This document shows, piece after piece, positions 24,779 to 37,236 of a DNA stretch of 64,000 nt. Position 1 is the first letter of the stretch, and each line of letters opens with the position of its first letter. The notes under the pieces were generated by a model. That model was not told the DNA's origin, ran no database searches, and saw only the letters and a program-made list of their open reading frames with translations. The DNA lies in contig NC_135803.1 in assembly GCF_964213995.1 (NCBI RefSeq), positions 116,808,001 through 116,872,000 on the forward strand, read 5' to 3'. The stretch is from Mustelus asterias (lineage: Eukaryota). Made by a program: the position numbers and the translations under genes.

Positions 24779-24891
24779 GTGAGTATCCCCGAGTGAACTC
24801 CGGCCGGTCAGGCCTCTTTCACATTGACTTCTGCTCGTACTTCTCTTGGGTGAGCACGTCTGAACCTTCTTTTATTCTCTCTTTTTTTTAG

Positions 24892-24930
24892 GGAGAAGAA
24901 AAGAAGGAAAGTAGAAGAGCACACTGACAA
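24892..24930 (+). CDS. UBA3: UBA3 exon 2 (EKKRRKVEEHTDK), 39 nt
   Basis: Long polypyrimidine tract, TAG|G acceptor, AA|GTTAGT donor, phase 2-2. Confidence 0.88.
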
Positions 24931-26155
24931 GTTAGTGTTGAATGAACGTAGCGGCCCTGGTTTTCTGCCTGTGTAAGGCTCTTGAGGCTGTGGGCTTGTT
25001 ATAATAAGCTGCAGCCCCGAGCAGCGAGATCAATCCGGCCTCAACCTGCATCCTTATTCGTCCTAAACCCAGGAGTTAATGGCTTGGAGGGATAGGAATT
25101 TATTTTTAAAAGAGAGCAAATCTGGGCAATTGATTGGAATGCCAAATGCACTTTCATGCAGGATGTAAACATTTTGCAATAAACGTTGAAACATTAAGTG
25201 GCGTTATTAAGCACTTATTCAGTGGTTTGAATTTAATATCACGCGAGGCAAATTGTCAACTAAATTCACAATTAAGTTTGCGCAATTTCTATAGGAACGT
25301 TGGGACAAATCTGGATTCAAATGTTTTGCTGCAACTCTCTAAAATTGCCGTGGTTTAAATTTATATATTTCCATTTTAAAATTGCTTCATGTGGTTTGGT
25401 TTAAGCGCCAGATAACTTCCTCTTTAAGTGGAAAGTCTGTATTCCCCTCCTATTTTAAAAAAAAATCTGTCCCATGTATTATCCCTGAAATGGGAAAGTC
25501 AGTAGGAGACCTCACAAATGCCTGCTAATAGTGCTGTGAAATGTTCAAGGTAACAATCCTTCATGTTTAAATCTTTGAGCTAATAAAGCTGCATCCTGCA
25601 TGATAGAGAAGATCAGCACCTTAATTTGTCCTGCTCCTTTATGTTGTGTTGGAGTCCAATGATAATGTGTTGCTTGGTTATGATATTTTATACTACTGAA
25701 CTATCTGTAGAGTTACAATCAATTGATTTTTAAAAATTTCCTTTTCCCCCGCCTATTCTGCAGCACATCAGAACTATTCTTGGTTGAATGGGAAGAATTG
25801 CAAATTGTGTAAAATTGACACTTTTGTTTGGCTGGTGTCAGTGTTGCTTATAAAATTTAATGATCATTCCAAGAAAAGGTTCTGTTTTCACTTTGTTTTA
25901 GTCCTAGATGAGATTGTTGAAAACTCCCCAATTGAGAGATACTTCAATTTTGTATAATTTGAGAGTGACTTTTTGGGTCTGGTCTTCTAATTTAAAAGTT
26001 AAAAAATGTAGCTTTTGGTGTCATTTAATCTTATCTACTTTTTTAAAAATATTGTTGAAAATACCTAAGGCATAGTTGTTTTCATTCATATTTCTAATAA
26101 TTATGCTGTGTTGTGAAAACTAAAATTCTAGTTGAGTTTATTGTGTTCTATGCAG

Positions 26156-26276
26156 AATGGCTGTTGATGGTGGGTATGGGGACACTGGAGACTGGGAAGG
26201 TCGCTGGAATCACGTGAAGAAGTTCCTTGAGCGTTCAGGACCATTCACACATCCTGACTTTGAACCAAGTACTGAA
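26156..26276 (+). CDS. UBA3: UBA3 exon 3, 121 nt
   Basis: CAG|[41 protein letters not shown], then |GTGAGA. Confidence 0.96.
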
Positions 26277-27957
26277 GTGAGAAACATTATAAATCAAGTT
26301 TGGTGTTGGATTGCAGCTTTTTTTGTTTTGCTGAATGTTCTTGTATATCACAATGGGAGCTAACCAAATCAAACACCAGTGACTTATGCAATAGCTGATT
26401 AAATTGGGAAAACTATCTCTGCTGTAAAACCTCAAGCTTCTGTAATTGAAACAGTCAATTTTGCTGTTTTTATTTATTTACTTGATTAACTCAACACAGT
26501 AATTTAGTTCACTCCTGAAGTTTGCATCCTGTGGCTATATTTCCTCCTTTTTTGTGACCGGAATTAAAATGGATTAGTCTGATTCAGTCAAATTCTTGCC
26601 AGTAGGTTAAATTGCCCTCTTTGTAACTGCATTCACTTTCTGTCTACAAAATCTTACTTTGTCAGATTTTAGCCTACTCCTCCCATTTATAAATGTGAAT
26701 GCATTAATTTATATTCGCGTAATTAGGATATGGAAGTTGCTACTATGTGAGAGTAGTTGAGACAAACATTGATGCATTAAAGCAGAAAGTAGATTTGAAA
26801 AAGAGAGAAAGCAATATAATCTATCCATGTTACTGCACTGAAGATGTGGTGCATTAGTGTGGATGGAGGCTCGTGTGGAACATTAACACTGACATAGACC
26901 TGTTGGACTGAGTTGCATATTTCTGCGCTGTGAATGCTTTAAAATCGTGAAACTGTCCATATAAATTTGTCTGGCTGCATTTTCAATTTCTCGTTAGTGA
27001 TAACATTGTAGAGTCTTGATATTATGCTCCACCTCAACTGCAGAGAAACTTGTAAGCTCCTGTACTTTGGGGATTCCCAAATTCTCAGGTTTTGGTATTT
27101 AATTAGAAATATATTAACAAAGAATCACACAGAGGTAGTGATTGAATGTTTGATTTAAATGGGGCACGTATATTACAACTGCCTGCTCTAATCCCCTTAT
27201 CCAACAGTCTTTAATCTTTGTTTTATTTGTAAACTATACTTGGTCTTGACTGCCAGTCAATGGTATAGGAGATCAACTGATAGACTCCCACATTCTGTGA
27301 CCACAACTGTCCATTTATTATTTTATAAATAACTTCCTATACACACTATCTCATTTCATTTGGTACTGTGTGCCTTCATCTTATCAATGAGCTGTCCACG
27401 TGGCAAATTATCAAAAGCCTTTTAAAATCTATATAACACGAGATCGTCTATATTTCCTTTATCAATAAACTGTGAAATCTTTGTCACCGCTGCTTGTAAT
27501 TGGCTGTTGAGGCATGCACGAGTCATACAGATTTACTCGGCCTCTTAGTTCCCATCTTTGTGGGGAAGTAACTCATGACTAACTGGCAATGAATCATTAT
27601 CAGTTAGTGAAATATCAAGAACATGTAATTTAGTCCCTGAATTATGCTTTGCCCTGTTGCATACAGGATTTGACTTTGAATCAGTTGCAGACTGATGGGA
27701 TTAAGGTCTCTTCTATCAGCAATGAAATGTTATGAGGAAAGCATAACCTAGATCTTGAGGACATAGATTCACAATGTGAAAAAAGTGCACATAACTGACA
27801 TTTGGCTTTGTATTTACCCTGATAATGCAATTGTCTCCTTGGTGCAGCATTGAGGACTCTGCCCAAGTAAACTTACATCACAGAACATTTAATCTATATT
27901 GCATATAACCAAATTTTAGGGTGCTAAAATTTGGAATGTATGCTATTCCCCAGCATA

Positions 27958-29760
27958 AATAAACAAAGAACAATATAGCACAGGAACAGGCCCTTCGGCC
28001 CTCCAAGCCCGCGCCGCTCCCTGGTCCAAACTAGACCATTCTTTTGTATCCCTCCATTCCCACTCTGTTCATGTGGCTATCGAGATATGTCTTAAACGTT
28101 CCCAGTGTCCCCGCCTCCACCACTTTGCCCAGCAGCGCATTCCAGGCCCCCACCACCCTCTGTGTAAAAAAAAAACGTCCTTCTGATATCCGTGTTTAAA
28201 CCCCCCCAACCTTGAACCTATGACCCCTCGTGAACGTCACCACCGACCTGGGGAAAAGCTTCCCACCGTTCACCCTATCTATGCCTTTCATAATTTTATA
28301 CACCTCTATTAGGTCACCCCCTCATCCTCCGTCTTTCCAGTGAGAACAACCCCAGTTTACTCAATCTCTCCTCCTAACTAAGCCCTTCTATACCAGGCAA
28401 CATCCTGGTAAACCTCCTCTGCACTCCCTCTAAAGCCTCCACGTCCTTCCGGTAGTGTGGCGACCAGAACTGGGCGCAGTATTCCAAATGCGGCCGAACC
28501 AACGTTTTATACAACTGCAACATCAGACCCCAACTTTTATACTCTATGCCCCGTCCTATAAAGGCAAGCATGCCATATGCCTTCTTCACTACCTTCTCCA
28601 CCTGTGACGTCATCTTCAACGATCTGTGGACTTGCACACCCAGGTCCTTCTGTGTATCTACACCCTTTATGGTTCTGCCATTTATCGTATAGCTCCCCCA
28701 CTACGTTAGTTCTACCAAAATGCATCACTTCGCATTTATCTGGATTGAACTCCATCTCCCATTTCTTTGCCCAAATTTCCAGCCTATCTATAACCTCCTG
28801 TAGCCTCTGACAATGTTCCTCACTATCTGCAAGTCCAGCCATTTTTGTGTCGTCCGCAAACTTACTGATCACCCCAGTTACACCTTCTTCCAGATCGTTT
28901 ATATAAATCACAAACAGCAGAGATCCCAATACAGAGCCCTGCGGAACACCACTAGTCACAGGCCTCCAGCCGGAAAAAGACCCTTCCACCACCACCCTCT
29001 GTCTTCTGTGACCAAGCCAGTTCTCCACCCATCTAGCCACCTCCCCTTTTATCCCATGAGATCCAACCTTTTGCACCAACCTACCATGAGGGACTTTGTC
29101 AAACGCTTTACTAAAGTCCATATAGACGACATCCACGGCCCTTCCCTCGTCAACCATTCTAGTCACTTCTTCAAAAAACTCCACCAGGTTAGTGAGGCAT
29201 GACCTCCCTCTCACAAAACCATGCTATCGTTAATGAGTTTATTCCTTTCTAAATGCGCATACATCCTATCTCTAAGAATCCTCTCCAACAACTTCCCTAC
29301 CACGGACGTCAAGCTCACCGGCCTATAATTTCCCGGGTTATCCTTCCTACCCTTCTTAAATAACGGGACCACATTAGCTATCCTCCAATCCTCTGGGACC
29401 TCACCTGCGTCCAGTGACATGACAAAGATTTGCGTCAGAGCCCAGCGATTTCATCTCTCGTCTCCCTGAGCAGCCTGGGATAGATTCCATCAGGCCGTGG
29501 GGATTTGTCAGTCTTTATATTCCCTAAAAAACCTAACACTTCCTCCCTTGTAATGGAGATTTTCTCTGACGGGTCAACACTCCCCTCCGAGACACTCCCA
29601 GTCAACACATCCCTCTCCTTTGTGAATACCAACGCAAAGTATTCATTTAGGATCTCCCCTACTACTTTGGGCTCTGAGCATAATTCCCCACTTTTGTCCC
29701 TGAGAGGTCCGATTTTTTCCCCTGACAACCCTTTTGCTCTTAATGTATGAATAAAATGTC
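27958..29760 (-). mobile_element. 5'-truncated CR1/HER1 LINE with frameshifts (UBA3 intron 3)
   Basis: NYRPVSLTSVVGKLLE, YMDFSKAFDKV, GVPQGSVLG and KFADDTK motifs, plus a 3' tail. Confidence 0.93.
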
Positions 29761-29899
29761 TTTATCTGGTAAATCTTTATCTGGTAGGGAAAAAAACATT
29801 TAAATTTGAAATCAAACATACAATCTTTCACTCAAACTTATCTAAGTGAAAAATTAGCAGGGTACTTTCAGAATTTTCTGGAGTTTAGTTTGTATAGTG

Positions 29900-30117
29900 G
29901 GTGTCTGGGGGCACAGTTGATGCCTTCCGTGCCTGCTGGGCACCGCAGGGACTGGATAATTATCAACCCCTCTAATCACATTTTAATTTGATGTTTTAAG
30001 TTTCCTTTCCGCTTTGTTTTTTTGTTTCGGGCGGTTCCCCACCTTTTAGGGAGCTGCCCTTTGAGTTGTCCCAAAGTTAATTTGATTTTGTTTATTTGGT
30101 TGGTACCCTAAAAGAGG
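29900..30117 (+). mobile_element. Tx1-like 3' end, older copy
   Basis: Homologous to 16980-17192; ends AAAAGAG. Confidence 0.7.
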
Positions 30118-31316
30118 TACCAGTTGTGAAAGCTTGCATGATCTCTTTTCCCACATACTGGTCCACTTTTACATATAAAATCTCAACACACCCAAAAGAG
30201 TAGTGTAAATTATCCATCCCTTGTATGTGTACACAAATGGGGACCGAAGCTCGGAAAAAGGAGCTGCTCTGTAAAAGTTGATGGCCCAAAGTTTGTTGGG
30301 ATGTTTTTTTTAAATTTTTATTCCATTTTTAAAGTTACAAAGCCAATGCTAGAGTGGACCAGGCAGACTCAAATCCATCTCCTTGCTCCAAAAACTAAAT
30401 TCAAATTGAATGCAATTCATGATCCACACAAGCTCCAAGCTGACAAGATAAGGCATTTTTGTGGGTGTATTCTGTGTTCATCATTACTGCTGTAAGAATG
30501 AGCAAAACCTCAGGATTGCGCATGAATGCAGAAATCCTCTTACTCCCTGCTCTGCTAGAGGCTGCACTGTGTCCCTGCCCTCCAACCCAGCAAATAGTCA
30601 AATGGTTGATGAGAAGAATTTCTCCTATTTTACCAGGTGTGACTGACTTTTTCATGGTGATCGGCGTAATATCTATTATTGAACAATAGATCTGGCTCTT
30701 TGTGGAGTACTGTTAATGTCTCCATAATGAATTTAACCTAGATATTTAAACTAAATTTTAAAAAATGTTTTTAAAATTTCTTTTCATGGCATTTCAGCTT
30801 CCATCTTCACCTAACATCTATATCCCAATCTTTATCTTGCTGTGTGTAAAAGTTTTTTTAAATGGTGGTTTGATTTTAGTGCTTTTTTGGCTACCCTTGA
30901 GAATTTGTTAATGTGATTGGCTGTTTAGTATGATTACATCACTGCAGCTCCATGCTGGCAATCCCCTAAAGAATGTTATAATCCAGTGTACTGCAAAAGA
31001 GATAAAGCTCACACTGAAGAGATTGCTAGATTTCAGCGAGGTTTTTATTGACAGCTTTTATTAGCAGCAAACATCTTTGCTTTGCTGCCAGCCACAAAAT
31101 CCAAGTTGATGCATATTTTGAAAGCCATTCCTACCTACCACATAGTCTTTTTTGTGGAGTATTGTTAATGTCTCTATAATGAATTTAAACTGGATATTTA
31201 TGGGTGTATAATTAAGTTGAATCAAAACACATTTATTGCAAATCTGTTTAAAAGCCTTACAATTTTCTGTTTTTTATTCTGTGATGTTGACTGAGCGATA
31301 GTATTTGTTTCTGCAG

Positions 31317-31397
31317 TCACTCCAGTTTCTTCTAGAGACCTGCAAAGTTCTAGTTATTGGAGCAGGAGGTTTAGGATGTGAACTTCTTAAAAATCTG
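31317..31397 (+). CDS. UBA3: UBA3 exon 4, 81 nt
   Basis: [27 protein letters not shown], with CAG acceptor and GTAATG donor. Confidence 0.97.
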
Positions 31398-33676
31398 GTA
31401 ATGTATTTTTTTAAAAACTGTTTCCTGATTATACGAAAAGTTCTGAAATTAAATGGGGCTGCGGTTTGAATTCAGGACAACCCTATCGCAAAAACTCTGA
31501 CCTGGTTTTTTGATGCAAGTGGTCAGTTTATATATCTATCTATATCAATATTACATTAAGATTTGTTGCATCTAGCACGCACATCACACTCCAGATAGTA
31601 GCAGAGTATTACAAGTTCAGAATAATCTTTAAATAGGTAGCTATGGACCTGAAGCCTGAAATAATAATAACTGTTTAATTCTGACCTCATCTTGAGTTTA
31701 CTTTAAAGCAATTGAATTTGTGGCTTTAAAGGGACAAGCCCCATTTGGCAGCAGAGTTGCACAGTTTGTGCTGTCATTCATGTCCTCCAGTACTGCACAA
31801 TATCTGATTTGCCATATGGCGTTTCTGTAAAGCTTTGAATCTGGCACACTACCATCACACTTCGTGTTAATGTTCCTAAAAAAGAAAGGCAATCATTTCC
31901 TGCTGGTTTCCAATGATTTAGCCAAATATTTGACAATACTTGCTAAACTGTAAACTTGTTTACAACCAACAGTTAGCATTTGGATTTGTAGCAGTTCTGT
32001 GCTGATAAGGGAATAGGCATGGTTAGCAAGGTGGCGAATTTAACTGAAGAATGATCGGAGTACTGAATTTGTTAAACTTTCAAGAGTTTAAAAGTAGAGA
32101 GGAAGCTGGATTAGTGCATGGGAAATCAGATGAGCTGGCAGTCACCATGCTGGCTGACTCTAGGAATATTTTGAGAGTTCAACTTTCAGGCTCTGCATCA
32201 TAACAGCATTCACTATGTTGTGACCCAGGTGCCAATAATGCTTTCCCTTTCATTCATAGTATGTGGTCATTGCTGACAAGGCCAGCATTTGTAGCCTATC
32301 CTTAATTGCCCTTGAAAAGGTTGTGGTGAGTCTCTGCCTTAAACCACTGCAGTCCATGTAGTGAAGGTGTTCCCACAGTTCAAATTCCACAATTTTGATG
32401 ATGATGGAGTGGTGATAAATATCTTAGTCAGGGTGATGTGACTTGGAGAAGAACGTGAAGGTCGTGGTGTCCCCTTATCCTGCTACCCTTGACCTTCTAG
32501 GTTGAGGTCGTGGGTTTGGTTCTTAAAGCATTAGCAAGTAGCAACAGTGGGTCTTGTAGATGGTAGACTGCACTGGTGGCAGGAGTGAATGTTTAAGGTG
32601 GTGGATTGTGAATTATATGGGCTTCTTTGTTCGGGATGGTGTTGAGCTTCTCGAATGTGGTTGAAGGTTCACTCCTTCAGGTAAGTGGACAGTATTTCAT
32701 CACACTGAGCTGTGCCTTATAAATGGTAGAAAGACTTTGAGGAGTCACTTGCTGCAGAATACCGAGCCTCTGACCTGCTTTTGTGTGCCTGTCCTTAAAG
32801 CCAAAGAGGACAGTATTATTACAACCTTCCTCCCTCCCTTCACCCTTTGACTTTTGAACCAGGTGGCATTGTTTCTTCCTTGCTCAGCTTATTCTCTACT
32901 CTGGTGTCTAACTTCGGGTCATCTTGTGTTCTGTCCCATTCATGCTTGAGGCATTTTATTCCACCATCTTAGAACCGACAGTTGACGATATACTTTGCAT
33001 TTATAAAGGAACTTAAATCTCAGAAATGTTTGGCGCATCACACTTTTGATCATTTTGAATTACAGTTTTTGTTAAGTAGGCAAAAACACAACACTTTTCA
33101 CATTAAGGTTCCACAAACAGCAATAAGATGAATGGCAAGTGAATTTGTGTTGGAATTTGGTTGAATGTTGTCTAGAAAACTTGTAAGAAGGGGTGATCTT
33201 TTATTGCCTATAAGAAACTCGATAGAATGAGTTACATTTTTTAAAAAAGAGTGTCCTGGAATTTCCATAAACCTGAATTCTAGCAGCCATACAACAAAAC
33301 ATCTCAAGACCTAGAATGATCTGAGCATTCGTGTTTCGCTGGATATATGTTGAAAAGTGGGGGAACTGTAGTGTAAATGTGAAGTGTTCATCGCAAAAAA
33401 TGTCCTTTAAACTGAGTTGGGCCTTTATGTAACCTTGCATGTAGGGCTGCTCGGTCCAAATGTAGCCTATTGACCTTTGTAAATGGGACAGTCAGCTCCA
33501 ACATAAGTCAGACTGTGGTAGAACATAAAGCAGTTCTTACTGATATTTGTAATGCTATCAGTTAACCCAACAGTCTATTCCTGAACCATTTAGCATTTCA
33601 AATTGAACTTCACATGTACAAATGTTGTTCAATAGCTCTGTTGTATGCTACCACTGACCTCATTTTCTTATCACAG

Positions 33677-33759
33677 GCTCTAATGGGCTTCAGACAAATT
33701 GATGTAATTGATATGGATACAATAGATGTTTCTAATCTGAACAGGCAATTTTTATTTAG
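33677..33759 (+). CDS. UBA3: UBA3 exon 5, 83 nt
   Basis: [28 protein letters not shown]; donor AG|GTAAGT. Confidence 0.97.
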
Positions 33760-34359
33760 GTAAGTAGTTATATACTGTTGCATTGTAAATTTTGCAGTTA
33801 CTGATTTTCTGAATTACGTCCTCTGAATTGTAGTTTGTTTAGAACATGCTTTTAAGTCAACAGTTGTAAACATTTAAAAAAAATTTTTTAGAAAGTCAGT
33901 ATAATTACTATTACAGATGTGCCATTGTTGATTTTTTGCATTGAAATAGTTTTTGTTCCAAGATGCACACTTGTGAGTGCAGCATTGTATGGCTGTTTAC
34001 AAAAGCTTAGTTTATAAAACAGCGATTTAAAATTTAAATGTTCTGCCTTATTTATTTCAATATGCCCCTCGGTTAAATATTTGACAATTGCAAAAGTTCT
34101 ATATTCACTTGTTTTCTTCATAGAGTGATTGGCCCTATGGGGAGTATAATATCCAAAGCTGCGTGGGATGTAGTTTAAAGCTGACTGCTTTCATATCAAA
34201 ATTCTTGATTTGTCTTCATGTGCTAATCTTTTTACATTAGTGAAATTTTTAAAGTTGGCTTCTTGCTTTGGTCATGTTCTCAGTGCAGTTTGATTAGTGG
34301 ATGTTTAATAATTTTCTATTAGCAAAATGTTACTTTCAATGTTAACTTTTTTTAAACAG

Positions 34360-34440
34360 ACCGAAAGATGTAGGAAGGCCAAAAGCTGAAGTGGCTGCTG
34401 AGTTCATTAACAGCCGGGTACCTGGTTGCAATGTAGTTCC
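34360..34440 (+). CDS. UBA3: UBA3 exon 6, 81 nt
   Basis: [27 protein letters not shown], followed by U12-type donor GTATCCTTT. Confidence 0.96.
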
Positions 34441-36552
34441 GTATCCTTTGTTTAGAAAATGACTTCATTGTGGCAGCGAGATGAAATTGATCTGAAAATG
34501 GGATTGACCTTCAGCAGGATGGCTAAAAACTAAAACCATTCTGTGGAATGCTTATCTCTAGAGTTAGATACTAGACTATTAAAATCTTGTTCCAAATTGT
34601 TTTTTTCCTCCAGGGATAGCTCAGCATTTCTAAAACTTGCACTTGTTTGTTGCCCATTATTCTCTACACTTAACTGCAATGTTTGATTGAGACACTTGAA
34701 ATCTGAATTTCATGTTTGTGATATAAAGTGATTTTCTGTTACTGCATCAGTCAGGTTATCTTGTTTTCCTTTGTTATAGTTGTTTCTGTGTGTCTCTTTT
34801 CAATTCATTTCTCTTCCGTTAAAATCTGTGTACGAATCTACATAGTATACAAGACTGGTTGGTCAGAGAAGGCGTTCTTCTGAAGCTTGGGTAGATACTA
34901 TTTTCCCTTTGGGCGTAGTATTGTATTTTCTGATTAATTGAGACCTTGTGTTCTGCCATTACATTGCAAGTTACAGCTACAAAGATCAATATAGGATCAG
35001 TGCTAAACACAAAGCAACCACTAGACACAGCATTTTAATGTGATTGACATAATTTCCTGTCCTTATTTATCCTTGATAATGCATGATGGTCCCATAGTTA
35101 ATGTTTAGTTTACTTTAACTGGTATAAAACTGCAATTATTGATTTCCAGATGTCTTTGAGACAGAGGAAGTTGAAGAAGGGGACCAAGGTGTAAAATTCA
35201 CTCGATGCCTATCAACTTACATAAACATTTTATTTGCAGGAACTCAATCCTTGCATTTTGCTATTGCTTCCAAATGCAGCAGTTCTTTAAATTCAGAAAG
35301 AACAACTGGCTTTTTGCAAATGAGGAATTTGCAATCCTCTTTCTGGCAGTATTAAATCCTTGGATCAAATCGCATCTACAAAGGAGTAATCAAAATAAAA
35401 GTAGCCCAACCATAGGGAACTACATTGAATTTTTCTGCAAGTGGAGGGAGAACAGTTTTGCCATGCACCTCACTTAGCGTTGCCCAGAGATATTTGTTGG
35501 CTTTTGTGAGCAGAGATTTCAAATAATCACGTGTCTGATCCAACGTGATGACCTCTAGAGGAAATCTGGTGTCTGTGAGCAGGGAAAGCAGCAGGGAAAC
35601 TCTTCAATCAGTCAGATTGAAGAATCCTCATTGCAAAAAACAGGAAATATAGAAATATAGCTTGCACTCAACCCATTGTACACAAAGCAAAATGAAGATT
35701 GGAACTTGTACAATTTTGCAGTAGCAATGACAATGAAACTGTCAGCCTTCACCATCATTACTCCAAAAGTAACAGCAACTTCTGGAGTCCACATGTGCAC
35801 AGTTAAACACAGAAATCCATTTGGGTTCAAATCCTATATCTAAGACTTGTGCCAACATCAAGCAAGAGACTGCAGTACAGTAGAGGGAGTGCTCGATGTG
35901 ATGTATTTCAAATGAGGCATTAAACTTGATTTGCTTTGAGGATAGATATAGAAAAGATCCCAGAGCATTATTTTGTTGATGAGTAACTGCGTTCCCTAAG
36001 GAATCCTGGTCAATGTTTATCCCTCAGCTGTTGCACCAAAGCAGATTATCTGGTCATTTGTCTCAATGGTGTCTGAAATCATAGAATCCCTGCAGTGCAG
36101 AAGGAGGCCATTTGGCCAATCGAGTCTGCACCAACTCTGAAAGAGCATCTTACCCTGGTGCTGTGAGGCAGCAGTGCTAACCATTGTGCTCTTGCTGCTT
36201 TTAAATTGGCTGCTACATTTCCTAGATTAAAGCATTTAATTAGCTGTGAAGTGCTTTGGGATGTGCTGAGATTATGAAAAGCCCAATATAAATACAAGTT
36301 TGTTCTTTTAACACTAATAAGAAGGGTAATTATTCAACATGTGGCACGCTGTTATGCTCATGGCATGCATAATCCTTGTATGTGGTTGGAGTAGGCCTGA
36401 ATTGTAATATTGTGTTCCGTGATGTACTTTTACTGCCAAGGATTCTTGTCTGAGATGTTCATGTTCCTACAACTGAAACAAGAATGTATGTAGTTACAAA
36501 GGCAATAGAGCCAATGATATAATGAGTTGAAACAATCCTTAACTTTACTCAG
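34441..36552 (+). other. U12-type (minor spliceosome) GT-AG intron, UBA3 intron 6
   Basis: 5' splice site GTATCCTTT. Branch point TCCTTAAC at 36536-36543 just before CAG (ends 36552), with no long polypyrimidine tract. Confidence 0.93.
35870..36310 (+). mobile_element. Deu-domain/SacSINE-like ancient SINE with a nested HE1 fragment (about 36078-36190)
   Basis: TCCTGGTCAATGTTTATCCCTCA..CAGATTATCTGGTCATT and tail GTGAAGTGCTTTGGGATG..TATAAATACAAGTTTGTTCTTT. Family name is from recall. Confidence 0.55.
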
Positions 36553-36596
36553 ACATTTTAAAAAGATACAAGATTTCACTGAATCCTTTTACAGAC
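36553..36596 (+). CDS. UBA3: UBA3 exon 7, 44 nt
   Basis: HFKKIQDFTESFYR; donor C|GTAAGT. Confidence 0.94.
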
Positions 36597-37236
36597 GTAA
36601 GTAATGACTCCTGCTGAAATCTAGCTATTCTCAGCATTGACAGTAATTTTACAACTTAACAAAGCTGCAATCTATGCAGGCTCCAACCCTATTTAAGTGA
36701 ATGATCAAAAATCAGATTTGCAGCCTTTGGTACAAACGTATTCTCTCTGAGATAAGTATCTTAAGAAAAGCTGTGCTTGGGATTTGTTCATCAAGTGAAC
36801 TGCTTATTACAGCTCTTGGAGCTCAATGGACCCAAATATAGCACATGAGCTTATATATGCTGAGATATTGAAGTCTACAAAATGCTATTCAGGATTGTAC
36901 ATGCTGAAGGTCTAATCTTTAATAAAATATTTCATGACCTGTTGTGATTTTAAAATACTTGATTTTGCTACCTTCTCAAAGTTGTGATGGTGGAAATATT
37001 TTTTTCTTTCATATTGATGAATTTCTCTGGGGTATTTTTTCATATATGTTGGTGACCCTCAGCTACAACACCCAACTGACCATTCTTCATTTTTGTGCCT
37101 GGACATGTGCGGCTATTTGGGGGTTGGGCATCACAACCAAATTGATCCTGTACTGTACCAGTGTTCACAGATTGACACTTTACAGCAGGGACTAGAGCCG
37201 GATCCCATTTCACTGAGTTCATTCATAGGACTCTTA

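Larger units (their letters stand above)
24560..25040 (+). promoter_or_regulatory. UBA3 CpG-rich promoter and first-exon region
   Basis: Locally high CpG. CRE-like TGACATCA 24617-24624, ZNF143/Staf-like GGCATTGTGGGAA 24658-24670 and GGATTATGGGA 24738-24748, inverted CCAAT (ATTGG) 24677-24681, and YY1-like AATATGGCGG over the start codon. Motif matches only. Confidence 0.7.

Noticed and set aside
27480-27630. Possible intronic H/ACA snoRNA (hairpin CTAACTG..CAGTTAG followed by ACA)
   Set aside because: No properly placed ANANNA H box or convincing first hairpin; it would need an Infernal/snoReport hit.
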